A stretch of DNA of 63,983 nt, filler included, from Lenisia limosa (lineage: Eukaryota > Protista > Breviatea), in NCBI GenBank assembly GCA_001655205.1. It is 16 parts of 16 records of this genome, joined end to end, with 100 filler letters (N's around TTAATTAATTAA, not from the genome) between each part and the next. Parts side by side here need not be neighbours in the genome. Positions count along the whole stretch, not along the records: positions 3,599 to 15,177 come from LPNZ01009066.1; positions 15,278 to 16,850 come from LPNZ01004397.1; positions 16,951 to 24,238 come from LPNZ01008082.1; positions 24,339 to 27,315 come from LPNZ01009394.1; 12 more parts are not named here. One strand, written 5' to 3'. Positions 12,923 through 24,757 of this stretch are shown here, piece by piece. Both the position numbers and the translations under genes were made by a program. A model generated the notes under the pieces. That model had not been told where the DNA came from, searched no databases, and saw nothing but the letters and a program-made list of their open reading frames with translations. Positions within the stretch are counted from its first letter, which is position 1; each line of letters opens with the position of its first letter.

Positions 12923-13472
12923 CCTCATCCCCCCCCCCCCCCNNNNNNNNNNNNNNNNNNNNNNNNNNNNNNNNNNNNNNNNNNNNNNNNNNNNNNNNNN
13001 NNNNNNNNNNNNNNNATTTTTCACTGCTTACTGTTATTAGCAATTATAAGGTAGGTATGGGGTTTTCTGTGCGTGATTGGAGCATTTTTAGGCAAACTTG
13101 GCCTTGCAATTGCAAATGTGTGGAAGCCTAAGGACTGTTGAATTTGGGGGCATAGATCACAAGAAAGCATGGAGATAATTCGGTTTTGACCTCACTATTA
13201 TACTGAGAATATTTCTGGACAGATTTCACTTCTTGGGGGGGGGGGGGNNNNNNNNNNNNNNNNNNNNNNNNNNNNNNNNNNNNNNNNNNNNNNNNNNNNN
13301 NNNNNNNNNNNNNNNNNNNNNNNNNNNNNNNNNNNNNNNNNNNNGGGCTAGCCACTTATTCTTTTTACTTTGGCCCGGGGTCTGTTCGACTGTTATTACC
13401 CTAACCTCACACAGGAAATGAAAACAACCCCTTGCATATACAGAACTAGCCAAATAAATACCCCGTTCCCCC

Positions 13473-15177
13473 CTAGTTTCTCCAATGCACAACTCCAGCC
13501 TCGGCAGTCATCTTCTTGTACTTCGAGGAGCTAAGGGGTGAGACTGTTGTTGAAGCAGAACGCAAAGCAAGGAAGAGATGTTGTGTAATGAACATAAACC
13601 ATGATGGCAATGATCAAAGAAAGCATGAGAAACAAGAACAAAACGTATCGACCCTCCATACTATACAGGGTCGTGGGGCTGAGGCATGGGGGCCCAGGAC
13701 AAAGAAACGGTCTTGCCAACCTTCTTGTTCTAAATGGTGTGACAGCAGTACAAGACAACTCAAAACCGAAGGATAGTGAAAACGGTTGTCCGTGTACCCC
13801 ACCTTTCTTTGGTTGTTAAAAGTGGTGGAATCCACAAATTCGATATCAAGCTCGCGGCCGCGCGCCTCAACAATCTGTTTGGTTAATGGGACTGCGTGCG
13901 AATCAAGAATGGTTTGAGGATTCATGATGTTTTGTACAATTCCTCATTTATAAATATCAGATTACCCCCCTAGACCCCCGCACCTTATACAAGCACGTCA
14001 CAAATTCGGCGACAAGATCAGTGCGGAGACCGAGGTCCATGACCAAGTCTCGGGCCGGGGCCTTGAAGTGAAGCACTGCATAGGTATCAGGGTTGGATGA
14101 CAGGCTGATTCGCGACAGGTCATCGAGACTCAATTCGTCCTTCTTCAAAGCAAACCTGCCCGGTCAAGAGGAATGTAGAAGGAAAAATAACTCGTGTCAT
14201 GATTAACCGGGGAAAATAACTCGTGCTATGATTAACCGAAGAAAAGCGATATTGGTGGATTTGGCCTACTTCTTGGGGTCAAGCTTGTAGATCATTGAGT
14301 CANNNNNNNNNNNNNNNNNNNNNNNNNNNNNNNNNNNNNNNNNNNNNNNNNNNNNNNNNNNNNNNNNNNNNNNNNNNNNNNNNNNNNNNNNNNNNNNNNN
14401 NNNNNNNNNNNNNNNNNNNNNNNNNNNNNNNNNNNNNNNNNNNNNNATTCCCCTCTTACGCCGAAGGTCATAACAATAGAACCGTGGAGGGGGAGAGAAT
14501 GGCGCATTGCGTTCCAAGCATCGACGTTCTAAACCGTTAATAGGAATGTAGAGTGGGGGTATTTATATGTATGTGTTTTTTTTAGCTATACATGTACTAT
14601 ATCTCTTGTTATTTTTAAAAACCAATGCAGCCTCAATTTCAAAACACATATGACAAATGTAATACCACCTCACGATGTTCATAGACGGCTGGCTGAGGTA
14701 GTCGTACTGGAAAGAGCGAGTGCCGTCCCATGGCTTTTGGCCATTGAAGATGTCGTAGGCCTTGATCTGAGGGGGTAAGAGAAAGCAAGGGGAAGGAGGG
14801 TGGGGGGGTAATATTGGAAAAGTAAAAACAACAAAAAAAAAACGCCCAAAATCATCCCTGCTAGCTATCACAAGAGGGCTGATAGGTAAACTGTGGAACA
14901 AAGAGAGGGGGAGGAGGTTGAGGTGCGAAAAGAGTACCGGGAGGAATAGAGAGGGTCCACAGTTGAACCAACCTTGGTTCTAATGGCGTCTTGCTCTTCG
15001 GGGGTGTAGGCAGAGCAAACCATGAAGGCCTTCCAGTTCTGGTACAGCGAGTAGGTGGTGTTGACTGGTAAAGGTATAAAACAATTAAAAAAACAATCAA
15101 CACAATGCCAAAACAATTGTCAGCAGTACTATCATTATGTTGACCACAATGGTTGGTCGCTTGTACCCGAACTAGTG
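13473..15177 (-). CDS. Class I myosin, C-terminal TH1 tail (short-tailed; 5' part off scaffold)
   Basis: LYQNWKAFMVCSAYTPEEQDAIRTKIKAYDIFNGQKPWDGTRSFQYDYL, DSMIYKLDPKK and FALKKDELSLDDLSRISLSSNPDTYAVLHFK resemble a myosin-1 TH1 domain. Stop TAG at 13473-13475, no SH3 seen. Confidence 0.75.
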
Positions 15178-15379
15178 NNNNNNNNNNNNNNNNNNNNNNN
15201 NNNNNNNNNNNNNNNNNNNNNTTAATTAATTAANNNNNNNNNNNNNNNNNNNNNNNNNNNNNNNNNNNNNNNNNNNNCAAAGCCCAGGCCAGTCACTTCT
15301 GCAGCACCGCATCCCATCGCTCGACAAAATTGATAAACAGAAATAAAACCAAGAGGGTTTGAGCCACCCCACCCCCCAC

Positions 15380-16734
15380 TCTATCCATTTTGAGTCTTCG
15401 TTCGGACAGCGAACATATTGTCCATCCTCCAACGTGCACATTTCAACTGTGGCGTCCGCGCGTGTCACCTACAAAAGTTATCGTTGTAAAAGGGCATTCT
15501 GTAAAAAAAAAAACCTTGACAAATTAATCATCTTTGATATATATATATATATANNNNNNNNNNNNNNNNNNNNNNNNNNNNNNNNNNNNNNNNNNNNNNN
15601 NNNNNNNNNNNNNNNNNNNNNNNNNNNNNNNNNNNNNNNNNNNNNNNNNNNNNNNNNNNNNNTAAATAGATATCCTTGATAAATAGATCCTCACCAGAAT
15701 CGTAAGATGGTAGAAAGGTTCTGATATAGAGCATATATTAATCGTTACATACCTTCCAGAGTCCAGACTCCACTTCGCTGGCAATTGTTCCGTCTGCAAA
15801 CAGCGCTTCATGCATGCCGTTACTGCGGAGTTGGGGATTGGGTGTGTATTATATGTACAGTGGCCGGGATAAGTCTTGACCGATTTGCTATGTGATTCGT
15901 AAGGAAAATCGGTCACGCCTTATCCCGGTCACTGTGTATCACACTCCTGGTCATAAAAGGAAGAATTTGACCGAAACAGTTCAGGCCGTCACCATCAATA
16001 ACAAAAGGACGAATTTATTCGAGAAATCCTCGATAAATGTAGCTATTTTACTGGTCTTTTCCGGAACGTGGGAAGTCCAATCAATAACAATAAAAACGGA
16101 ATCCGCTGTATGGTGTTGTTTTGGTTATGGTATCTTATTTTCAAATGAATAACCCCCAAGAATTTCCCAATACCAACCTGAAGGTCCGGACAACCGAACC
16201 GGTTCCGACAATCCGCCGGCAAGTCTCGGATTTCGCTTCCGACAGGCACGTCATCCCTCCGCTGGCGCCTACGGAGCCGTCCTGAGCACGTGACTCAATA
16301 TCAAGGCAGGAGTTTGTCGGAGGGTTGCAAAGGACTTTATCCCCCTTGATTATGGTCTTTCTCCCTTACTCTATCATTTCAAACTTAATAACACCCCATA
16401 TACATTATTTTTTAAAAAATAAAGAGCCCACAGATACATTATTTCTTAAAACAAAACAAAAACAACATCATATAGCACAGATACATTTTTTTTTTCAACC
16501 GTGCCGATAAAAGTCATTTCCTCCCAATATCACAGCCATACGGCTTCACTTCCGTTCTAACCGTTGTGAAGCCCTGATTACAACCCCATACATCATTTCC
16601 ACCACCATCACAGCCACATACACTATGATTGTCGACGGTGGGAATCGGAGTGGCAGGGGTGACGGGAGTGGGCGGAACCATAGGGGTCATTCCGGGGGTC
16701 TCTGGCTCAATTTCGGCAATTTCTTCTGCGAGTG
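15380..16734 (-). CDS. Internal fragment, possibly SPAG17/PF6-like central-pair protein
   Basis: Four exons, the last three phase-compatible: CRRIVGTGSVVRTFSNGMHEALFADGTIASEVESGLWKVTRADATVEMC resembles my recollection of the SPAG17 segment G.VV....DG..QILFADG.V. Confidence 0.45.
15858..15934. mobile_element. Family D hairpin element with CAGTG-starting TIRs (Tc1-like MITE)
   Basis: TA-CAGTGGCCGGGATAAGTCTTGACCGATTT...AAATCGGTCACGCCTTATCCCGGTCACTG, a 29-nt imperfect inverted repeat. Related sequences at 32960-33052, 35368-35443 and 43565-43590. Confidence 0.75.
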
Positions 16735-17301
16735 CTGACGTGTGAAAATGTTATGGGTGAGACGAATTAAATCGTCTTTACGGTTCCACTCGAAAAAACC
16801 ACTATTATGAGCTAGCCTGTGCAGAGGGTCTTCACTTTGGTTCTTAAGAANNNNNNNNNNNNNNNNNNNNNNNNNNNNNNNNNNNNNNNNNNNNTTAATT
16901 AATTAANNNNNNNNNNNNNNNNNNNNNNNNNNNNNNNNNNNNNNNNNNNNGGGGGGGGGGGGGGGCGTAAATGCTGTTTTATTTGGAAACAAGAAATGAA
17001 ACAATATCAAACCATCTATCAGAATTTCATGTTACGAACCAATGGTAAGTAGGAATGGTGGTACATAACTCCTAAGAAAAAAAAGAAAGAAAAACACAAC
17101 CCCCCTCACGTAACAGGATAAAACCCCCCTCACGTAACAGGATAAGCTGGAATGGTTTCAAGGAAATTACCGGGATCGTCTCCTTCACCTGATATAAGTT
17201 AGTAAATACAAGTCTAAGTATGGCAAGTGGGTGAATAAAAGCCAAAATATGGGAGCAAAAACCATACAACTATTCCAAATATGGCAAGTAAACCCTCGGA
17301 C

Positions 17302-18850
17302 TTGCATGCACCAGCGAGTAGATCGACATGGCGAATCCGGTCGCGATCAAGAGGGCGGCCGAGGAGACGAAGAACACAAAGAAGCGGTAGTTCCTTCGAG
17401 CAATGCACGTGCCAACCCACGGGCCTGGGGGAGGGGGGGGGGGGNNNNNNNNNNNNNNNNNNNNNNNNNNNNNNNNNNNNNNNNNNNNNNNNNNNNNNNN
17501 NNNNNNNNNNNNNNNNNNNNNNNNNNNNNNNNNNNNNNNNNNNNNNNNNNNNNNNNNNNNNNNNNNNNNNNNNNNNNNNNNNNNNTATTCACCATAAACG
17601 ATATTTTACCGGTCTTTTTTGAACCGAAGTGAAACCCTGACTCCATCTGATATGCAGCACCTCCCCCCTCACAATGATGGTCAAAGCAGTCGACACAATT
17701 GTTGCATACTCCACAGTGATAAGCGCGTGGGGGTCGGAAAATGTTGCACGTTTCTATGGGTGGGGGGTGAGAAATTTGTGAGTTTCTATGGGGGGTTAGA
17801 AACTCTATCATACAGTTTTTAGTGTTCATTTTTGGTTTGTTGAGGTTTGTTATTCCATAAGTCAATATAATACCCAACTACAACAGCTAGGGCTTCACTT
17901 TGGTTCGAAAAAAGACTGAATTATTCAATAAACCTTTGAAAAATTTTGATATTTTTTAACTTGTATTTTTCGAACCGAAGTAAGGCCTTAACAACCACAA
18001 CACTCCCCCTCACCACAATATCTAACAACCACTTCTTGGTTTTCAACTTGCACGCGCTTTGTACTCAGTCGAGTGAGCTTCTTGGACCCGAGAGCTGCAA
18101 GATCACTGGAACGAAAACACAATGGATGTTACTCGTGATATTCGTGATGTTATTAAACCCTCAAAACTATCAATATTCCTGTAGTATATAGCCAGGAAGG
18201 AAGACCCACAGCTATGGCTGAGGCCCTTTAAATGCCATCATAATATTGTTATTTATCGAGGATTTATCAACAACTTCGATCTTTTTGAGATTGTAGGGAG
18301 GCCATACCCATCCCCGGTCCACCGCCTACCTGGTCTCACGGGATTGGGTGCAGGTCCTCGGGGGATGATACCTAAAGTGGCATTAGAGGCTGTGGAAAAG
18401 ATATTCTTTGATTGAAGGGGATACAATTAGGGCTTCCCTACGGTCCGAAAAAGACCGATATAATATCGAGGATTTATCGAGAAACTCAGTCTTTTGTGGG
18501 ACCGTAGGGGAAGCTCAAGATATAATCAATTGTAATACTGTTGATGGAGCTGGAGTGTGGCTGTTTGACTGTTGTAGCCTTTTGCTTAGCTATTATTCTC
18601 TTCAGTCGTAACATACATATCGTATATTATGTATGTATACAAATATTATGATATATATATCTCTTTTTATAATACACTTCTATATATGAAATGACATATG
18701 ACATACTAGTAATTATATGAACATATTTTAGACTACCGCGTACCGGGATCGATGGACGCTGTGATGGACAGCATTGTGAGGGTGAAGACAAGGTTCACTG
18801 CGAAGCCGAGTGGGAGGAAGGGTGACACTTCATTCCACAAATATCGCCCG
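17302..18850 (-). CDS. DHHC palmitoyltransferase (Erf2/ZDHHC9-like; partial)
   Basis: Exons give SIDPGIIPRG and [46 protein letters not shown]. Confidence 0.95.
17890..17988. mobile_element. Family B hairpin MITE (~95 nt, ~26-nt TIRs, TA flanks)
   Basis: TA-GGGCTTCACTTTGGTTCGAAAAAAGAC...TTTTTCGAACCGAAGTAAGGCCT-TA. Confidence 0.85.
18430..18516. mobile_element. Family B MITE, subfamily B2 (GGGCTTCCCTACGGTCC TIR)
   Basis: GGGCTTCCCTACGGTCCGAAAAAGAC...GTCTTTTGTGGGACCGTAGGGGAAGCTC. Confidence 0.85.
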
Positions 18851-20193
18851 CTGGTAAATAAGATCCAAGTTGATGAAAGCAGGTAGTAAGGCGCAAACTC
18901 TTGTTTTCCGGCAAGAAAACACCTAAATCAGAAAACCNNNNNNNNNNNNNNNNNNNNNNNNNNNNNNNNNNNNNNNNNNNNNNNNNNNNNNNNNNNNNNN
19001 NNNNNNNNNNNNNNNNNNNNNNNNNNNNNNNNNNNNNNNNNNNNNNNNNNNNNNNNNNNNNNNNNNNNNNNNNNNNNNNGCTCGGTCGGGTCCTGAGGGG
19101 ATGTGAGAAATGCCAATGCTTTTATGTGGGAATGAGAGAGAAAAAACCATCAACAACAGGAGTGTCTCGCCGTCTCAACACCCATCGCGGATTATAGTAT
19201 CCAATTATTTCAACCAATCATTATAAATCTGTGCACAAAGCTTTCTACGTACTTCCCCAGACATGCTAATGAATACATTGGGAGCAAGATCACGATTAAA
19301 TGCAATAAGGAGAGTGAAGAAAACAAAGAGACACCGTGCACACTTTGCAAAGGTATTATCCAAAAATCGGTATTTTACCCGCTCATTCGCCACCAAACTC
19401 GAAATGAAGTCAGATATCCTCCCCCATTCCACTTATTTACCAATCGACCAGCCTAACGAAGCCCAATAAACTAGAAAAGGCAACTTGCGGCCTGAACAAG
19501 CTCCAAATCACAACGCCATAAAAGAACACCAAACGCCCACATCTTGCCATATCAACTAAAAAAGTCCTCTTGAATAAAGATTGAAATTGACACACGGGAG
19601 AACGGGTGCAATGATGTGATCATACCTAACATGCATCTTCCCCCAAGGAAGAAGAGGTTATTCGCCGGCCAAGACTTGTAAAGTCTCCGCCGTAATGTTT
19701 CTGGCGCTGTAATGATTAGATGTCATCAGAGGCACAGGAAAGGGAGAGAGGGGCTACTTACAACCAACCTGCTGGCTCTCCAGTCATATTGCTTTCGTTA
19801 TCAGAGCTGTCGGATCCTGAATCAATCGATTAGTCTTATTTAAAGGAGGTAAACCCATACCACTAATGTCTACAGCCGATAGTTCTACATAACGCATGTC
19901 ACAGCAGGGAAGCTAGAAACTAAATGTCTTCTGATATATGTATTTCTCACTATTTCAAGCGCTATTTCACCTTTAAAAGGTCGAAAATTTTTCATAATTA
20001 TAATATGTGAGGTTAGGGCGACCGGAATTTGCCTTTTTGCCCGATTTCTCAATTCTAAGCCTCTTCCTCTCCCATGACTACAAGGTAGCAATATGTATCA
20101 ACACCTTGATCGTATATCGCCTCAGCTGAGGCCGATATTCCAGTCCATATGGAAGTGAGTCCATTATCCAGTTTAAACATCTTATTCCTTTAG

Positions 20194-22770
20194 AGACAAG
20201 GATTCCAGGAGCCTATTCTTGTTTCTTCTTCTCAACATTGTGTTTATGCAGGTTGGTGGGAAAGGTGTGTGTGTGGTTTCTTTCCCATTGCCACTCTGTC
20301 TTTGAAGGCTCCTTTTTGGGAGGACAAAGGGGAGAGCGTGGGGATCACAGGTGGGAGCATTTTGGATTCTAATGGGAGAAATTCCTGAAACTTGGGTCCT
20401 AATGGGAGCTTTATTTGCGGCTTTATTCTTGGGTAGTTACAGCCATGCAACCAGCATTTGGTACTGCTGGTTGGAACAGTTTTCCAAAGAGCTATTTCAC
20501 AGTTAACGCTTCAGGTTGAGTTCCTCTACGGCTTCTGGACAAATTCACTTGGTCTCATTTCTGTGGGAGGGGTGAAAAAAACCCTTAACTTCATCAATGT
20601 TTCCTTCGTTTCACCCCCCCCCCCCNNNNNNNNNNNNNNNNNNNNNNNNNNNNNNNNNNNNNNNNNNNNNNNNNNNNNNNNNNNNNNNNNNNNNNNNNNN
20701 NNNNNNNNNNNNNNNNNNNNNATATTATCGGTTTAGTAAATTGTATTATTATTGGATGTTTATATATATATCATATATGATATAAGCTACGGTCCCCAAA
20801 AATGATCGAGTTGCCCAATAAATCCTCGATAACTATTATCAGAGAAGCCCTTATTTTAAAATCTGGGCTGGTTGTTTTTTCACCATGAATGTCACATAAT
20901 AAATAGCGGTTTTATTTCTCATCTCTATATATTCCATTTTTACATACGCTGGAGTGATGGGATGCGGTGCTGCAGAAGTGACTGGCCAAGGCTTTATTTG
21001 TTTGTTGTTATCAACCTTCGTGTGTTGTTGTCAGCGAATTCATAAATTATTCAATTTTACCCCCCCAGGACGCCTATCATATGTTTTTCGACTGCATGTC
21101 TCTCTGTATCGGCCTTTACGCTACCTACATTTCCCACCTCCCCCCAAACAAAACGTTCCCCGTCGGCTTCGGTAGATTCGAAGGTTGGTGCAACAATCGG
21201 TTCAAAAAAAAGACTGAATTCAAGATAAATCCTCGAAAACTATCTATATTTTACCGGTATTTTTCGAACCGAAGTGAAGTCCTAATTACAATATTAAACA
21301 ACAATCATTATTCTCAGAAAAAAGCTGACAATGAACAGAACTTGCAGTTTTTGATTATTTTTATGTTAAGCTCTTTCAACTACCTTTACTTTTCACAATT
21401 GAAACAAAAGTATTCATCTGTGCTGACTTCATGTAACCTTGTTTACTGAAACACAATAATACACACACACATACACAGATACAGACAGACATAGACATGC
21501 TCACACAAACAGACACACACGTCCCTCTGACGGTTTTAGTTCTTGGCGGCTTTACAAACGGTGTTCTTCTTATTCTTGTCAGTATTTATGTGGGTGGATA
21601 TGGGTTGGAACCTGTATTCTAATTTTTACTATACTATATGATATTCTAAATTGGCTATACTTAATGGTGTGGCCTGGAATAGCTTTTTTTTTATGTTCTT
21701 TATATTTTCCCTGATAGCACCCCCCTCCCCCTCATAGACCTTAGGTCGGCTACGAGGGTCTGATGAGGCTCTTCAACCCCCCAGAAGTGGGAACAGATCG
21801 CCTGATCACTGTTGCAGTTTTAGGCCTTTTGGTATGGTGGTTTGTTGTTGTTTTCAAGGCATTTGGCTGCTTTGACGTTCATATTTTTATTAAAAAAAGT
21901 CGTAATATTTATCGTTTACATACACGTTAAAACCATCTATTATTGTCACTGAACACCTGATGCTCAGTACACTTTGTGATTTCTAGTGCTTCCCTGTGAT
22001 CTCACTGAATTTCTCAACCAATTCGCGAAAATATCGTTTTTGCGGTCTTTTTTGGACCGAAGGGAAGCCTCATTTTTGTCAAGATTGTCCTTGAGAAAGA
22101 AGCAACTCCAACGTAGACTGACTATCAGGTTAACCTAATTGGCCTGGTCTTCTTCCACGACCACGCCCACGGGCATGATGACCATAGTTGCCCCCATCAC
22201 CACAAAGACGAGTCTCTTGAAGAGGGGGGGCATCACCATGTTTGCGGGAGTTAGATTATAGTATATTATATCATATACTCATTTGATAGGCTCATGCCGC
22301 TCTCATCTTACATTTCCCTTCTCAATTTCCTCTGGNNNNNNNNNNNNNNNNNNNNNNNNNNNNNNNNNNNNNNNNNNNNNNNNNNNNNNNNNNNNNNNNN
22401 NNNNNNNNNNNNNNNNNNNNNNNNNNNNNNNNNNNNNNNNNNNNNNNNNNNNNNNNNNNNNNNNNNNNNNNNNNNNNNNNNNNNNNNNNNNNNNNNNNNN
22501 NNNNNNNNNNNNNNNNNNNNNNNNNNNNNNNNNNNNNNNNNNNNNNNNNNNNNNNNNNNNNNNNNNNNNNNNNNNNNNNNNNNNNNNNTATTTCTCCATT
22601 TTACTTTTCCCTTATTTTTACTTTTCCAGGGTCTTCAGATCGCCGATCCACTCTCGTCCATCCTCATCGCCTGTATGATCTTCGCGTCCGTCATGCCCCT
22701 TCTGCAGTCCACTGTTGACACCCTTCTCCACCGTACCCCTACCGATGCTCTCGCGGCCTGGAAGCCTCTG
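20194..22770 (+). CDS. CDF-family zinc transporter, ZnT5/ZnT7/Msc2-like (partial)
   Basis: [54 protein letters not shown], His-rich loop VNLIGLVFFHDHAHGHDDH and IADPLSSILIACMIFASVMPLL. Confidence 0.93.
20943..21068 (+). repeat. Family A repeat ending at a ZnT 3' splice site
   Basis: CATACGCTGGAGTGATGGGATGCGGTGCTGCAGAAGTGACTGGCC...TCATAAATTATTCAATTTTACCCCCCCCAG, followed by the exon DAYHMFFD. Confidence 0.9.
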
Positions 22771-22811
22771 GTGGGTTGCTCGTGTTTGTCATTACTTGTT
22801 TTTAGTTTCAA

Positions 22812-22875
22812 TGAAGAGTATTGGCGTAAAGGTACTAATCACGAACCGAATAATCTGAAACTCCAAATTAAAAAC
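22812..22875 (+). repeat. Family F dispersed intronic repeat
   Basis: GAAGAGTATTGGCGTAAAGGTACTAATCACGAACCGAATAATCTGAAACTCCAAA, with a near-identical copy at 26340-26400 and an inverted copy at 48122-48183. Confidence 0.85.
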
Positions 22876-23618
22876 TAAAAACAAGTAATGACAAACACTA
22901 GCAACATAGGGGTTGACGGGAGGGCATTATTTTATGCTCTAAAATCAAAAGTTTCCTCGTGTGTTCAATTATGTTCTATAAAATCAAAAGTATCATCGCG
23001 TGTTTGGCAAATGAGTTACAGGGTTTTTGGGATTTATTATTATTATTATGTATTAATAGTCACAAACTTGTACGCGAGAGTGATGGGATGCGGTGGTGCA
23101 GAAGCGACTGGCCTGGGCGTTGTTTGTTTTGTTGTTCTCAACCTTGGCCTTTTTTTTTTGCTTCATAAACTTTCCACTCACCCCCCCCCCCCNNNNNNNN
23201 NNNNNNNNNNNNNNNNNNNNNNNNNNNNNNNNNNNNNNNNNNNNNNNNNNNNNNNNNNNNNNNNNNNNNNNNNNNNNNNNNNNNNNNNNNNNNNNNNNNN
23301 NNNNNNNNNGGGGTCTTTCCATAGTCACCACTTCATGATTTGAAATGTATGAATAAGGTATGATGCCAATGTTTTATCTTCTATCACCTGAACAGGTCTT
23401 TAAAAATAGGTCAACAAAGTATCATAGAAAATGAGATCTTCTCGATCCCTGTCTACTTTCCTGTGGTGTCTATACCGTCTTTTAAAAATGAGAAATACAA
23501 CAAAGTTGTGTATGACTGAGCCGTCCACACCATCACGCTTAGTTCAAACTAGTATGTGACATTTCTAACTATTCAGGCCCAATCTGAGGCCCAACGAACG
23601 TTTGACCGGAGAGGTGTA

Positions 23619-23710
23619 ACTGACGGGTATATCCAGTTGAATGTAATAGATCATGAGTGATGACGGGTATATCCAATTGAATGAAATAGATCATGAGTAT
23701 ATCCAGGTGA
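23619..23710. repeat. Tandem repeat, ~2.5 x ~40 nt
   Basis: TGACGGGTATATCCA(G/A)TTGAATG(T/A)AATAGATCATGAGT repeated. Confidence 0.8.
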
Positions 23711-24602
23711 ATATAAAGATCTCAATAACATCAACAAACAGTACATTCAAATACCACTCTCAAAAAACAAATACTTCATAATTACAAGGAACCTCAAACG
23801 TAAGTGAACTGACACTTGTCGATATTAGAATTCAGTTCTTCCTAAACCAATAAATGGAGAAGAAAAATACAGTTTGAACTTAAATTAACGAAAGATCGGG
23901 TGCCAGCGTTCAGGGGGGGGGGGGGNNNNNNNNNNNNNNNNNNNNNNNNNNNNNNNNNNNNNNNNNNNNNNNNNNNNNNNNNNNNNNNNNNNNNNNNNNN
24001 NNNNNNNNNNNNNNNNNNNNNNNNNNNNNNNNNNNNNNNNNNNNNNNNNNNNNNNNNNNNNNNNNNNNNNNNNNNNNNNNNNNNNNNNCATGAGCAACCA
24101 AAGCGGGGGGGAGGGGTGGTAAAATTGGAAAATTTATTACCGATTTGAAGACTTTTGCTCTCAGGAACAAATGTCAACAGCCCCTTGCAATACCTGAAAT
24201 GTGCTTCTGCCTGCCAAAATAACTCCATCGGTTTGGTCNNNNNNNNNNNNNNNNNNNNNNNNNNNNNNNNNNNNNNNNNNNNTTAATTAATTAANNNNNN
24301 NNNNNNNNNNNNNNNNNNNNNNNNNNNNNNNNNNNNNNAAAGAGTGACTAGACTCCCTTTTGCGGGTAAGATAATCAATAGCATATACCACAATTAATAA
24401 TAAAGCGCATCTGGCCGCCATCTCTAGAGTAATAAAAATGGTATTATCTGGCTGAAGCCGCCCACATTGAATTATAGTATCCGGCCGAAGCCGTTCACCA
24501 TCAAGCCATCATGTTAATAGATTATAATAATGTCACAATCACAATTTCATATACACATTTAATGTGTGGTCTTTTTTGTAAGGAAACCAAACCCTGTGCC
24601 TA

Positions 24603-24695
24603 GGGATTCACTTCGGTTCAAAAAAGACTGAATTGTTCGATAAATTCGAAAATTATCGATATTTTACCGGCATTTTTTAAATCGAAGTGAAGCCT
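24603..24695. mobile_element. Family B MITE
   Basis: TA-GGGATTCACTTCGGTTCAAAAAAGAC...ATCGAAGTGAAGCCT-TA. Confidence 0.85.
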
Positions 24696-24757
24696 TACCT
24701 GTGCCCAACTATGCTTTATGAATAACAATAATCGGTGTATCAAACGCGAACCCCCAC

